DNA from: Candidatus Omnitrophota bacterium
Lineage (GTDB): Bacteria; Omnitrophota; Gorgyraeia; Zapsychrales; Aceulaceae
NCBI GenBank assembly: GCA_028693815.1
Contig: JAQUUP010000003.1
Location: 1,850 to 65,849, forward strand
Reading direction: 5' to 3'
DNA: 64,000 nucleotides
Position 1 is the first letter of the stretch. Each line of letters opens with the position of its first letter. Under the pieces are notes generated by a model. It saw only the letters and a list, made by a program, of their open reading frames with translations, was not told where the DNA came from and did not search any database. The position numbers and the translations under genes were made by a program. Positions 1 through 10,359 of this stretch are shown one piece after another.

Positions 1-1131
1 AAGAAGAACCTCTTTAGCATCTCCCTTAATAATAGAAGCTTGAACAGCAGCCCCAAGAGCTACACATTCCATCGGGTCAATACCACGTTCAATTTTCTGA
101 CCTATTTGCTTTTCAACGAACTCTTGAACAATCGGCATACGAGTTGGACCGCCAACTAAAATAACTTTATCAATTTTAATTTCTTCTCCAAGCTTGGCAC
201 CCGCATCTTTTAGGGTCTGAGCAATTGGTCCTTGGCAACGATCAACAATTGGAGAAACTAAGCTTTCCAATTTTGAACGCTCAACCTTCAAATTAAGATG
301 TTTCGGTCCTGTTGCGTCAGCAGTGATAAACGGTAAATTAACATCCGTTGAAATTGTAGAAGAAAGTTCTACCTTTGCTTTTTCAGCGGCTTCCCGAAGT
401 CTCTGAAAAGCCATCTTATCAGCTTTAAGATCAATACCGCTTTCTTTCTTAAACTCTTCACAAATATAATTAATCAACACATTATCCATATCTGTTCCAC
501 CAAGATGATTATCTCCACTGGTCGACAAAACTTCAAACGTTGCGGCTTTATGTGTCTCATCCCATCCCATTTCTAAGACAGTGACATCAAGCGTTCCTCC
601 GCCAAAATCAAAAACCATAATTTTTTGCTCTTTACCAGCTTTATCTAAACCATAAGCAAGACAAGCAGCTGTTGGTTCATTGATAATACGCAATACTTTT
701 AATCCTGCGATTTCACCAGCATCTTTAGTCGCTTGTCTTTGATTATCATTAAAATAAGCAGGCACAGTAATTACAGCCTCATCAACAGTGTCTCCGAGAT
801 ATTTCTCTGCATCAGCCTTGATTTTTTGCAAAATAAAAGCACTGATCTGTTGTGGCGTAAATTCTTTTCCGTCAACAGAAAATTTCTCACTTGTTCCCAT
901 CTTTCTTTTAGCGGCATACACCGTTCCTTGCGGATTAACGGCCGCTTGTCTTTTAGCTGGCTCGCCAACAAGACGATTTCCCTCTTTGTCAAATGCAACA
1001 AAAGACGGAAAAGCTTTGCCTGATGCCACGCCAGCACCTTCTGCTGATGGAATAATTGAAGGACGGCCTGCTTCCATGATTGCCGCCGCGGAGTTTGATG
1101 TGCCTAAATCAATTCCAATAACTTTTGCCAT
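1..1131 (-). CDS. dnaK: Molecular chaperone DnaK (Hsp70), N-terminal ~377 aa; the C-terminus runs off the window
   Basis: Reverse-complement translation gives [24 protein letters not shown]...[19 protein letters not shown], a canonical Hsp70. An AGGAGG RBS precedes the ATG at 1131. It follows grpE in the same orientation. Confidence 0.95.
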   Translation of the reverse strand, partial: MAKVIGIDLGTSNSAAAIMEAGRPSIIPSAEGAGVASGKAFPSFVAFDKEGNRLVGEPAKRQAAVNPQGTVYAAKRKMGTSEKFSVDGKEFTPQQISAFILQKIKADAEKYLGDTVDEAVITVPAYFNDNQRQATKDAGEIAGLKVLRIINEPTAACLAYGLDKAGKEQKIMVFDFGGGTLDVTVLEMGWDETHKAATFEVLSTSGDNHLGGTDMDNVLINYICEEFKKESGIDLKADKMAFQRLREAAEKAKVELSSTISTDVNLPFITADATGPKHLNLKVERSKLESLVSPIVDRCQGPIAQTLKDAGAKLGEEIKIDKVILVGGPTRMPIVQEFVEKQIGQKIERGIDPMECVALGAAVQASIIKGDAKEVLL

Positions 1132-1177
1132 TTTCTTATCCTCCTTTTAAGAACTACATTCTGTCTTTTAAAAATTC

Positions 1178-1720
1178 TTACTCTGATTCACTTTGTTTTT
1201 GTTTTGCTACTTTTACCTTATTTGTGCGAATCACTTTATCTCCCAACATATATCCTTTTTGAAATTCATCTAAAACAATCCCCTCCTCTGCCTCAGATGT
1301 CTCTTCTTGCATAAGAGCTTCGTGACAATTCGGATCAAACATCTTTCCAATTGACTCAATAGGTTTAACATCATTTTTACGCAAAAGATCATAAACGTGT
1401 GCCATCACCATCTCGATGCCCTTTAAAAAAGCAGTATAATCTTCATGGTTAGCACGTGCAGCCTCAACAGATCTTTCTAAATCATCGAGAATACCTAAAA
1501 ACTCAATGATCAGTTCTTGATTCGCGTATTTAAAAAATTCAAGCTTTTCGCGCTCCGTCCGCTTGCGCATATTTTCAAATTCAGCATAAATTCTTAAATA
1601 TTTATCTTTATGATCAGCGACTTCATCAAGCAATTTTTGATGTTCTTCTTTTTTCAGAACAACAATATCCTCTTTTTTCTCTTCCTTCTTTTCTTCTTTT
1701 TTCTTCTCTTCTTTTTCCAT
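1178..1720 (-). CDS. grpE: Nucleotide exchange factor GrpE
   Basis: 180-aa ORF with an acidic/lysine-rich N-terminus and a GrpE-like core (YLRIYAEFENMRKRTERE...). It sits between hrcA and dnaK. Confidence 0.9.
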   Translation of the reverse strand: MEKEEKKKEEKKEEKKEDIVVLKKEEHQKLLDEVADHKDKYLRIYAEFENMRKRTEREKLEFFKYANQELIIEFLGILDDLERSVEAARANHEDYTAFLKGIEMVMAHVYDLLRKNDVKPIESIGKMFDPNCHEALMQEETSEAEEGIVLDEFQKGYMLGDKVIRTNKVKVAKQKQSESE

Positions 1721-1725
1721 CTTTT

Positions 1726-2469
1726 TTACCTTATTAACATTTCATCAATTAATTCTGTAAAATATTCTAAATTAGAAATTGCCTTCTCATAATTCATGCG
1801 AGTCGGACCTAAAAGCGCAACGCTACCTTTGGGTCCATTCTCATTTCCATATCGAGAAACAATCAACGAACAACCTTCCATATCTGAACACCCTGCCTCA
1901 TCGCCAATATAAATATGAATTTTTCTCTCTAAGTCACGATTAATAATTTCCAAAATTCTCTCTTTTTCCTCAAGAAGATGAACAAGGCGTTCAATTTTCT
2001 GAAAATTATGAAACTCCGGATATCCCGCAACAAAACTAATTCCCCTACAAAATGTTTTGTCACCATACCCATCTATAGAAATAATGGCTGGATAACGCGT
2101 TTCTTGGGCCAAAATCTCGGATGTTTTTTTCAAAAGAGCTTCTAATTCTAAAACGCCCTGACTATATTCGGCCAGAATCCTTTGCTTTTCAATAGCCAAA
2201 AGATCAATCTCTTCCATCAAATGATCTACATAATAGCGATATCCATCTTGCGTTGGAATTCGACCTGCTGAAGTATGCGGATGTGTTAAAAAACCATCTT
2301 CTTCTAGTTCTGCTAAAATATTTCGAATAGTCGCTGGGCTCAAATCAAAAAGCCGCTCTTCAACAATTTGATTAGAACTCACAGGCGTTATATACTGAAT
2401 ATAACGGCTGACAACATAAGTCAAAATTTTCTCTTTACGATATTGTGGGTCTAAACGTTTTAAACGCAT
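1726..2469 (-). CDS. hrcA: Heat-inducible transcription repressor HrcA
   Basis: 247-aa ORF with an HrcA-like winged-helix N-terminus (ILTYVVSRYIQYITPVSSNQIVEE). It is the first gene of hrcA-grpE-dnaK and a CIRCE element lies upstream. Confidence 0.9.
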   Translation of the reverse strand: MRLKRLDPQYRKEKILTYVVSRYIQYITPVSSNQIVEERLFDLSPATIRNILAELEEDGFLTHPHTSAGRIPTQDGYRYYVDHLMEEIDLLAIEKQRILAEYSQGVLELEALLKKTSEILAQETRYPAIISIDGYGDKTFCRGISFVAGYPEFHNFQKIERLVHLLEEKERILEIINRDLERKIHIYIGDEAGCSDMEGCSLIVSRYGNENGPKGSVALLGPTRMNYEKAISNLEYFTELIDEMLIR

Positions 2470-2532
2470 TTTTTCATGTTCTCGATTCTTCTTGAAATAA
2501 AAACCCTATAAATATAATGCGTTAGGGTAAAA

Positions 2533-2559
2533 TTAGCACTCTATACTGAAGAATGCTAA
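2533..2559. promoter_or_regulatory. CIRCE heat-shock operator (HrcA binding site) upstream of hrcA
   Basis: TTAGCACTC-N9-GAATGCTAA matches the CIRCE consensus TTAGCACTC-N9-GAGTGCTAA with one mismatch, about 65 bp upstream of the hrcA start. Confidence 0.85.
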
Positions 2560-2616
2560 GTCAGAATTATAGCAAAAACTTGCTTGTTGTCAACAAAATA
2601 TTTTTAAGGAATTTTA

Positions 2617-3228
2617 TTAAATCTGGTCTTCAAGCTTAGCAATAAGATCATTGACTTCCCGCGATATTTCAGCAGGAAGAGTTTTCGAATCTTCCATCTC
2701 TCGCTTCAAAGATTTGAGCGTTCCAATAAAGCGCTTAATATTAGATTCCTTTCTTTTCTGCCAAGCCTCTTTGGGGTCCAGCTCTTCGCGTTGCCGCATC
2801 AAAAGAGTCAAGTCTTTGCGCACTTCTTTTGAATCTTTACCTTTTAAGAAAACTTTTTCTTTAAGCGATTGATAATCCTCATGATTTATGTTTTTATCCT
2901 TAGCTTGTCTTAAAACATCAACAGCTTCATAGCTTGGAATTTCAGTCGCCTCGGCATTTTCAGCATATTCTTTATCAAGATACGTTGGCTCTTCTTTTTC
3001 GAGAAAATAATAAGATTTTAAAAGTTTTAAAGATGTTGCTTTGCGAATACCAATCTCTTTCGTTACATATTTATCAAAGTCCTGATATCCCCATTCCTTA
3101 TATGTCTTATCTCGCCAGATGGAATATAGAACACGTCCAAGATCAATCCAAGATTTCTTAAAATTCTTTGAACTTTGAATTGCTAAGTCACGCATAGAGC
3201 CTTGCTGAATCATTGTCATATCTTGCAT
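2617..3228 (-). CDS. Hypothetical protein (charged, coiled-coil rich)
   Basis: 203-aa ORF with no recognisable family from sequence alone. Confidence 0.4.
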   Translation of the reverse strand: MQDMTMIQQGSMRDLAIQSSKNFKKSWIDLGRVLYSIWRDKTYKEWGYQDFDKYVTKEIGIRKATSLKLLKSYYFLEKEEPTYLDKEYAENAEATEIPSYEAVDVLRQAKDKNINHEDYQSLKEKVFLKGKDSKEVRKDLTLLMRQREELDPKEAWQKRKESNIKRFIGTLKSLKREMEDSKTLPAEISREVNDLIAKLEDQI

Positions 3229-3364
3229 AAAATCCCCTTTTTAAAAATATTAATCAATGGATTAAGCGTCAATTGTATATCAATCGAATTTATTTGTCAA
3301 AACATCTAAAAAAATGGGCGGGGTTTTAAAACCCCGCCCATCTATTTTTCTTTTTAAATACCTT

Positions 3365-6300
3365 TTACTTGTCAGAAAAAATAGATCCTACCTTTCTTTC
3401 TGATTTAATTGGCGATTTTAACGTCACTGTTCCATCAGGATGGACATAAACCTTTTCGCCTTTTTCAAAGCTAACTTCATAACTTGGATGAAACTTTGAT
3501 GTGCCGAAACTTTTTGACCAAACAAGAGAAGCATTGCTTTCCATCCGAGAGACTCTGTTTGATCCATATTTTCGAGAAGAAGAATCCTTGCCCAAATATC
3601 TTGAAGCAATTGAAACCGCTTCGCTTTGTGAAATGCGAGGATACACTTCTCCTGCTTCATCCCATGTTGCCTGAAGACAAGCTCCGTTAATTGGATTAAC
3701 TTGAACCAACACATGCGTTTTTAAAACATTCTTCTGATATGGATTAGATATATTACTTGCCTTTGTCCCGTCAATATCACCTTTTTCATTTTTTGTTAAT
3801 GAAGGCGTTATGTTTGAAACAAATCGGTCTAAAGCCAATAATGTATATTCTTTATTGTCATCCAGAGAAGTCACATTGAATTTTCTCATTTCTTGGGCTT
3901 TATCAAATAAACTCAAGAACTCAGCATCACCTTTCAAAGGATCAGGCAATGCTTGCGCCAAATAAATCAAACAAAGAACTGGAGCCGGTGCCTTCTGAAA
4001 GTTTCCATGGCTCATTAGAGACTTTGGAAAACCTTTTTCTCTTGATAAAGCAACGCTTTCTTGTGTCTCTGCTTTTCTTTCTTGATTCATTTCATCAATT
4101 TGTGCAAGCGCAACAACCAAGCTTGAATTAGGCCTTGCTTGAACAAGATGGCAAGAAGTATTTTCTAATTCTTTCTTATACGCTTCTTGATTAAGATTCT
4201 CTGGCGGTTCGTATACAGCTTTATACGTTCCTGTTGATACCAAAGGCAAATAATCTGCCTGAAAAGCCGTTGTTGTTTGATAGATATTAAAGCCAAGACC
4301 TGAAACTTCTGGATCATTAACCCATAAACCTTCAACGTTAAACTCTGGCATAGGAGCCGCAAAAGGATGAGGCTTAACATCTGTTACAATACCGCGAACT
4401 AAGCGCCAATTAAGATCGCCATTGACAGGAACCAATGCCGGAGAATATCCTCCCATCGGCGGTAAATAATCAATCCAATAAACAAAATTCTTAATGGCAT
4501 CTATTTGATTTGTTGTCTCATACCAATCGCTAAAATGATACGCAGGAGCGATTGGAGCAATCTCAGAATTAAGAGCCGTCACGATTTCACCTGAAATCAT
4601 ATCTTCACCCGGCGTTGTCCAGTGATATGTATTATAAATATCTGATTGCGTTGGACTACTTCCTAATGTGTATCGGATCGTTGCTCTCGTCGATGCAGCA
4701 CCTGTATAATAAGATTGCTGAGCCGTCTCTTGAGGAAACGTGTCTTGACCGTTAAGTACCCCAAGATGATTGACGTATGCAAAATCTAAAAATGCATCAT
4801 CAAAATACGCCACACCTCCATCGGCAAGCACATCTCCTGCATTTGCATAAACATAAAGCATATAACGCATTTTTACAATACTATCATTATCGGCCAAAGT
4901 ACCGCTTACCTGTAATTGCGTCCAACCATTAACACCAACAACGCTTTCATCTGAATCAGAAACAACCTCGCCGGCCGCATTTAATGCTTCAATCTTAAGC
5001 CCTGCTGTTGCAGAGGAATTAAAATCAAAATCTGTTTTTATTTGAACAGTTGCATAAAACGGATCATTTGGACCCGCATCAAATTCTTGGGTCAATGCAG
5101 CAAAATAATTTTCATTCCCATACATATTTAAATTATCAATTGTATTTTTCGCTGCCAATGCTCCTCCGCTAACATACTCTGCTTGAGCAATCCAAGAACT
5201 GGTTGCCTGATTAGGCTGCGGCCAATTAATATATGGCTCAACAATGGTCCAGTCGTGCAAACCATTCTCCATATCAGGATTCATCAAATTTCCAGGTGGT
5301 GTTGGAGGCTGAATAACATCAGTGCTCAATACAGCTTGATCAAACTGAACAATACCTCCATTAGCCAATGTATCGCCTTCTTTGGCAGAAACAAAGGCAA
5401 CATATCGAACCTTAACAGCATTCTGAGGCGCTGCTGCAGCAACATAGAGAAGTCGCCAAGAAGTCTCTCCTCCGATAATATCTTCATCTCCCACAGGATT
5501 ACCGTTTAGATCCTCCTCAATGACGAGCCCGCCATCATCCAGAAACTCAATAGCAAGTCCACCGGCTGCCATTGATATTGGATTAATGTTCGTCTGCGCT
5601 TCAATCGTTGCATAATACATTGTGCCTAACACCGGCTGCGGAATAACAAACTCTTGACTAACGGTTGCATAATAATCAAAATCGCTGCAATTCGTTACAT
5701 CAATTGTATTTCGAGCAGAATAAGTTCCTGCAAAAGGAGACTGTGTCTCAAGATCCCATGTTATAGAAGACGGCACTGGCTCAGAAACATCCCAAGCGTT
5801 AAGACCATTCTCGAATCCTGGATTTTGCAAATCTCCTCCAGGAGGTGGAATAGGATCTGTCGTTAAAACAGCTTCATCAAACATCGCAATCCCACCTTGA
5901 GCACTAAGATCTTCTCTTAATGCAAAGACTGAACAACTATATCTGATTTTTGCTGTTCCTTCTGGTGTATCAAAAGATAAGTAAAGCTGTGTCCAGTTTG
6001 TGTTGCCTCCAATCATGTCCTTGTATTCAATAATATTTCCATCATCATCCTCAATTTCCTCTCCAGCATCATTTAAGAACACAACTGAAATTCCGGCTTG
6101 CGCTGTTGATACTACGCTAATCTCAGTCATAGCTTGAAGAGTTACATAATATGTTGTGAGCTCTGGAGCATCAATATCCTGACTCACAGCCGCATAATAA
6201 TCTGGGAGAGGATCGCCATTTGGAGGCGGCACAGTTGAAAGATCTTCAACATTGATCGTATTTTTTGCAGAAAAAATTCCCATAAAAGGAGCAACCTGTT

Positions 6301-8689
6301 CCAAGTCCCATGTTGGAGCAGTGCCTTCTTCTAAATAAGCTTCTGTAATATCCCAGTGGTTAAATCCATTTTCGAATCCTGGGTTTTGTAAACTCTCAAC
6401 AACAGGAGGTGGAATATAGTCAGTGGTCAAAACAGCTTCATCGAATATCGCCGTACCACCTTGAGCGCTAAGATCTTCTCTTAATGCAAAAACTGAACAG
6501 CTATATCTAATTTTTACAGTATCCTCTGGCGTATTAAAGGATAAGTAAAGTTGCTCTTCGGGGGTGTTGCCTCCAATCATGTCCTTGTATTCAATAATAT
6601 TTCCATCATCATCCTCAATTTCCTCTCCAGCATCATTTAAGAACACAACAGAAACACCAGCCTGTGCCGTTGAAGCTGAATTAATATTAGTTTTTGCTTG
6701 AAGAGTTACATAATATGTTGTGAGCTCTGGAGCATCAATATCCTGACTCACAGCCGCATAATAATCTGGGAGAGGATCGCCATTTGGAGGTGGCTCAGTT
6801 GAAAGATCCTCGATATTAATTGTATTTTTTGCCGAAAGAGACTCTGCAAGAGGATTATTTTGTTCAAGACTCCATGTTGGAGCAGTGCCTTCTTCTAAAT
6901 AAGCTTCTGTAATATCCCAATGGTTAAATTCATTTTCGAATCCTGGATTTTGTAGATTCTCAACAACAGGAGGTGCAATATAATCAGTCGTCAAAACAGC
7001 TTCATCGAATATCGCAATCCCACCTTGAGCATTAAGGTCTTCTCTTAATGCAAAGACTGAACAACTATATCTGATTTTTGCAGTATTCTCTGGCGTATCA
7101 AAAGATAAGTAAAGTTGTTCTACAGGAGTGACGCCTCCAATCATGTCTTTATATTCAATAATATTTCCATCGTCATCTTCAATTTCCTCTCCAGCATCAT
7201 TTAAGAACACAACAGAAACACCAGCCTGTGCGGTTGAAGCTGGATTAATGTCAGTTGTCGCTTGAAGAGTTACATAATATGTTGTGAGCTCTGGAGCATC
7301 AATATCCTGACTCACAGCCGCATAATAATCTGGGAGAGGATCGCCTGGCTGAGGGGGTTCTGTAAGAAGATCCTCAATATTAATTGTATTTTTTGCCGAA
7401 AGAGACTCTGCAAGAGGATTATTTTGTTCAAGGCTCCATGTTGGTCCCGGAGGAGGAGTTAGATTAGGATCAAGTGCCGCTTCTGTAATATCCCAACCAT
7501 TAAGCCCATTTTCAAATCCTGGATTCTGAAGCTGACTTCCTCCTGGAGGTGCAATATAGTCAGTGGTCAAAACAGCTTCATCAAATAGCACAACTCCGTC
7601 ATGAGCAGCAAGATCGTCTCTGAGCGCAAAAACCATACAACTATATTTAATCTTTACAGTTCCCGCAGGCGCTGTGACAGCTAAATAAAGATTTTTCCAA
7701 TCAGTTGTCCCTCCAATCGTATCAGATGCCTCAGAAAGAACAGTTCCTACAGAATTTAAAAATTGAATTAAAATTCCAGCTTGCGCTGTCGATAATACAC
7801 TGATATCTGTCTTTGCTTGAAGTGTTGCATAATACGTCTCTCCGGCGCTTGCACCATAAAGTTCTTGGCTAACAGTAGCATAATAATCTGGAAGAGGATC
7901 GCCTGGCTTAAGTGGCTCTGTAACAAGATCTTCAATATTAATTGTATTTTTAGCAGAATAAACTCCCCAAGGACTCGGCGTCTGAAGACTCCACGTTGGC
8001 GCCGGAGGAGGAGTTAGATTAGGATCAAGTGCCGGCTCTGTAATAGTCCAGCCGTTAAATGCATTTTCAAACCCTGGATTCTGAAGCTGACTTCCTCCTG
8101 GAGGTTCAATATAACTCGTGGTCAAAACAGCTTCATCAAAATACGCAAGACCATTCTGAGCTATGACATCGTCCTTAGATGCATAAACTGAGCAATTATA
8201 TCTAATCTTTGCGGTTCCCGGAGGAGCCGTAACAGCTAAATAAAGATTTTTCCAATCAGTTGTCCCGCCAATCATATCAGATGAATCGAAAATAACGAAT
8301 CCTGCAGAATTTAAAAATTGAATTGCAACTCCAGCCTGCGCTGTCGATAATGGACTAATATTTGTCTTCGCTTGAAGTGTTGCATAATAAGTCGTCCCAA
8401 CGCTTGCATTAAATTCCTGTTTAAGTGTTGTATAGTATTCCGGTGCCGATGATTGAAGAGCATTGACATTAATTGTATTTATAGCAGAATAACTCCCCCA
8501 AGGACTCGGTGCAAGATTCCATGTTGGCAAAGTACCTTGTACTACGGCGGGCTCTATTCTAGTCCAACCATTTAAGCCATTTTCAAACCCTGGAGTTGCA
8601 AGCATGTTGACAGCCAAAGCAGGCGCAGCAAAAATAAACACAACTGCCATGGTAAGAGTGATTAATCTCGTTAATTTCTGAAACAACAT
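3365..8689 (-). CDS. Giant secreted repeat protein (1774 aa) with about 8 tandem CBM4/9-like ~185-aa modules and a ~570-aa unique C-terminal region
   Basis: N-terminal signal peptide (MLFQKLTRLITLTMAVVFIFAAPALA). The protein has repeated NPGFENGLNGW...YYATLQAKT...STAQAG...FDEAVLTTDYI blocks typical of CBM_4_9 carbohydrate-binding modules. The repeat DNA is nearly identical between modules. Confidence 0.85.
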   Translation of the reverse strand: MLFQKLTRLITLTMAVVFIFAAPALAVNMLATPGFENGLNGWTRIEPAVVQGTLPTWNLAPSPWGSYSAINTINVNALQSSAPEYYTTLKQEFNASVGTTYYATLQAKTNISPLSTAQAGVAIQFLNSAGFVIFDSSDMIGGTTDWKNLYLAVTAPPGTAKIRYNCSVYASKDDVIAQNGLAYFDEAVLTTSYIEPPGGSQLQNPGFENAFNGWTITEPALDPNLTPPPAPTWSLQTPSPWGVYSAKNTINIEDLVTEPLKPGDPLPDYYATVSQELYGASAGETYYATLQAKTDISVLSTAQAGILIQFLNSVGTVLSEASDTIGGTTDWKNLYLAVTAPAGTVKIKYSCMVFALRDDLAAHDGVVLFDEAVLTTDYIAPPGGSQLQNPGFENGLNGWDITEAALDPNLTPPPGPTWSLEQNNPLAESLSAKNTINIEDLLTEPPQPGDPLPDYYAAVSQDIDAPELTTYYVTLQATTDINPASTAQAGVSVVFLNDAGEEIEDDDGNIIEYKDMIGGVTPVEQLYLSFDTPENTAKIRYSCSVFALREDLNAQGGIAIFDEAVLTTDYIAPPVVENLQNPGFENEFNHWDITEAYLEEGTAPTWSLEQNNPLAESLSAKNTINIEDLSTEPPPNGDPLPDYYAAVSQDIDAPELTTYYVTLQAKTNINSASTAQAGVSVVFLNDAGEEIEDDDGNIIEYKDMIGGNTPEEQLYLSFNTPEDTVKIRYSCSVFALREDLSAQGGTAIFDEAVLTTDYIPPPVVESLQNPGFENGFNHWDITEAYLEEGTAPTWDLEQVAPFMGIFSAKNTINVEDLSTVPPPNGDPLPDYYAAVSQDIDAPELTTYYVTLQAMTEISVVSTAQAGISVVFLNDAGEEIEDDDGNIIEYKDMIGGNTNWTQLYLSFDTPEGTAKIRYSCSVFALREDLSAQGGIAMFDEAVLTTDPIPPPGGDLQNPGFENGLNAWDVSEPVPSSITWDLETQSPFAGTYSARNTIDVTNCSDFDYYATVSQEFVIPQPVLGTMYYATIEAQTNINPISMAAGGLAIEFLDDGGLVIEEDLNGNPVGDEDIIGGETSWRLLYVAAAAPQNAVKVRYVAFVSAKEGDTLANGGIVQFDQAVLSTDVIQPPTPPGNLMNPDMENGLHDWTIVEPYINWPQPNQATSSWIAQAEYVSGGALAAKNTIDNLNMYGNENYFAALTQEFDAGPNDPFYATVQIKTDFDFNSSATAGLKIEALNAAGEVVSDSDESVVGVNGWTQLQVSGTLADNDSIVKMRYMLYVYANAGDVLADGGVAYFDDAFLDFAYVNHLGVLNGQDTFPQETAQQSYYTGAASTRATIRYTLGSSPTQSDIYNTYHWTTPGEDMISGEIVTALNSEIAPIAPAYHFSDWYETTNQIDAIKNFVYWIDYLPPMGGYSPALVPVNGDLNWRLVRGIVTDVKPHPFAAPMPEFNVEGLWVNDPEVSGLGFNIYQTTTAFQADYLPLVSTGTYKAVYEPPENLNQEAYKKELENTSCHLVQARPNSSLVVALAQIDEMNQERKAETQESVALSREKGFPKSLMSHGNFQKAPAPVLCLIYLAQALPDPLKGDAEFLSLFDKAQEMRKFNVTSLDDNKEYTLLALDRFVSNITPSLTKNEKGDIDGTKASNISNPYQKNVLKTHVLVQVNPINGACLQATWDEAGEVYPRISQSEAVSIASRYLGKDSSSRKYGSNRVSRMESNASLVWSKSFGTSKFHPSYEVSFEKGEKVYVHPDGTVTLKSPIKSERKVGSIFSDK
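5400..8400. repeat. Intragenic tandem DNA repeats of period about 555-570 bp inside the giant surface-protein gene
   Basis: Near-identical segments recur at about 6011, 6581 and 7141, and again at 7262-7462 versus 7817-8017. Antisense spurious ORFs in the provided track have near-identical translations. Confidence 0.75.
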
Positions 8690-9108
8690 AAAGCCCTCCT
8701 TGATTTGTTATTAAATATCTAAATTATATACCTGATTTTTGTTTATTCCGTGACTTAGGCACTAAAAGTATAGCACGCGCTTATTCTGAATGCCACTTGA
8801 TATCAAATATATACTAATATTAGTAGCGTCATAAGTCATTATTTTACAACCAGTTAAAACAGTATTTCAAAGAAAACCAAAAAAATATCAATTTCTCAAA
8901 GAAAATATTCTATTTCTCAAATAAAAAGCCACGGTTCCGAACTCCCTTTAAAAGCTCTTCTACCGTGGCAGTTAAATATTGTACCCAAAGTATAGCCGAT
9001 AAAATAAACTTTTCAAGGCCAAAATGGCACCTTTAAGTAAACGCTTTCTTTAAACACCTTAACTTTATTTCTTTCAAAGAGTTAAAATATTTTACCAAAA
9101 AATTTTCC

Positions 9109-10359
9109 TTATTTTTTAATAGAAAAACCCTTAACTTTCTGAAAAACCTTTGGCGGGACTGAAGCTCGAACGCACACAGACTCGCTTGTATATTTTATCT
9201 CATACACTTGAGCTTCTTCATACAAAAGATTAACCAAATCCATACGATCAACAGGGATGTGAACATCAATCTGTATTAACGAAGGAGCCAACACCTTTGA
9301 AATACGCTCGACTAAATAATCCATATTTTCACCTGTTTGACCTGAAACAAAAACAACATTCTCAAAACTATCAATTAAATAATTAAGTCCTGTCCGATCT
9401 TCTATTTTATCAATTTTGTTAAATACAGTGATCATCGGTTTGTTTTGGACATTCAATTCTTTCAAAACAACAACAACTGATTCATGAAAATCTCGAAATT
9501 TAGGATTACTGACATCAACCACATGAAGCAAAATATCTGCCTCCTCGACTTCTTCAAGTGTGGCGTGAAACGCATCAATAAGCCCGTGCGGTAAATCATG
9601 CAAGAAACCAACCGTATCAGACAAAACAATGGTTTGATGATTAGGCATAACATATTGTCGAGACAGTGGATCAAGCGTTGTAAAAAACCCATCATAAACA
9701 CGCTGATCCGATTTTGTTAACTGATTTAAAAGCGTTGACTTTCCTGCATTGGTATATCCAACTAATGAAATAGCAGGAATTTTTTGGTTTTGTCTTTTTT
9801 TACGCTTTGTTTTTCTAATTTGGCTAACGCCCTCAAGCTGTTTTTTTAATTTCTCGATACGATCTGTAATTCTTCTGCGATCTATTTCTAGTTTTGTTTC
9901 GCCTGGACCGAGGGTTCCAATGCCGCCACCCAAGCGAGACATCTCTGTCCCTCTTCCTCTTAGTCGCGGCAAAAGATATTGAAGCTGCGCAAGCTCAACT
10001 TGCATTCTTCCTTCCTGAGATTTAGCATGTTTAGCAAAAATATCTAAGATCACCTGCGTACGATCAACGACTTTAACCCCCAGTTCCTTTTCAAGATTAT
10101 GCCTTTGGCTCCCTTTTAATTCTTGGCTAAAAATAACTGTATCGATACTTTTAAGCGCGCAAATCTCTGCGATCTCTTTTACTTTTCCTTCCCCAATTAA
10201 AAAATTTGGTGTCGGCTCTACTCCTCGACACAGAACCAAATCAACAATTTCTCCAAAACAAGAAAGAATCAACTCTTTAAGTTCCTCAGCAACCTGCTCA
10301 AGCGGCCAATTTTTACCTTTTTTAAATTCAATCGCTACAACTAAAATCTTTTCTGTCAC
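9109..10359 (-). CDS. hflX: GTPase HflX
   Basis: 416 aa with an HflX N-domain and G-domain motifs (GYTNAGKSTLLN, DTVGF). It overlaps miaA by 4 bp. Confidence 0.9.
   Translation of the reverse strand: MTEKILVVAIEFKKGKNWPLEQVAEELKELILSCFGEIVDLVLCRGVEPTPNFLIGEGKVKEIAEICALKSIDTVIFSQELKGSQRHNLEKELGVKVVDRTQVILDIFAKHAKSQEGRMQVELAQLQYLLPRLRGRGTEMSRLGGGIGTLGPGETKLEIDRRRITDRIEKLKKQLEGVSQIRKTKRKKRQNQKIPAISLVGYTNAGKSTLLNQLTKSDQRVYDGFFTTLDPLSRQYVMPNHQTIVLSDTVGFLHDLPHGLIDAFHATLEEVEEADILLHVVDVSNPKFRDFHESVVVVLKELNVQNKPMITVFNKIDKIEDRTGLNYLIDSFENVVFVSGQTGENMDYLVERISKVLAPSLIQIDVHIPVDRMDLVNLLYEEAQVYEIKYTSESVCVRASVPPKVFQKVKGFSIKK

Noticed and set aside
733-1150. Plus-strand ORFs 733..1023 and 788..1150 and minus-strand ORF 771..1037
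   Set aside because: They lie entirely inside the dnaK coding region on the opposite strand or in alternate frames, with low-complexity translations. They are antisense artefacts.
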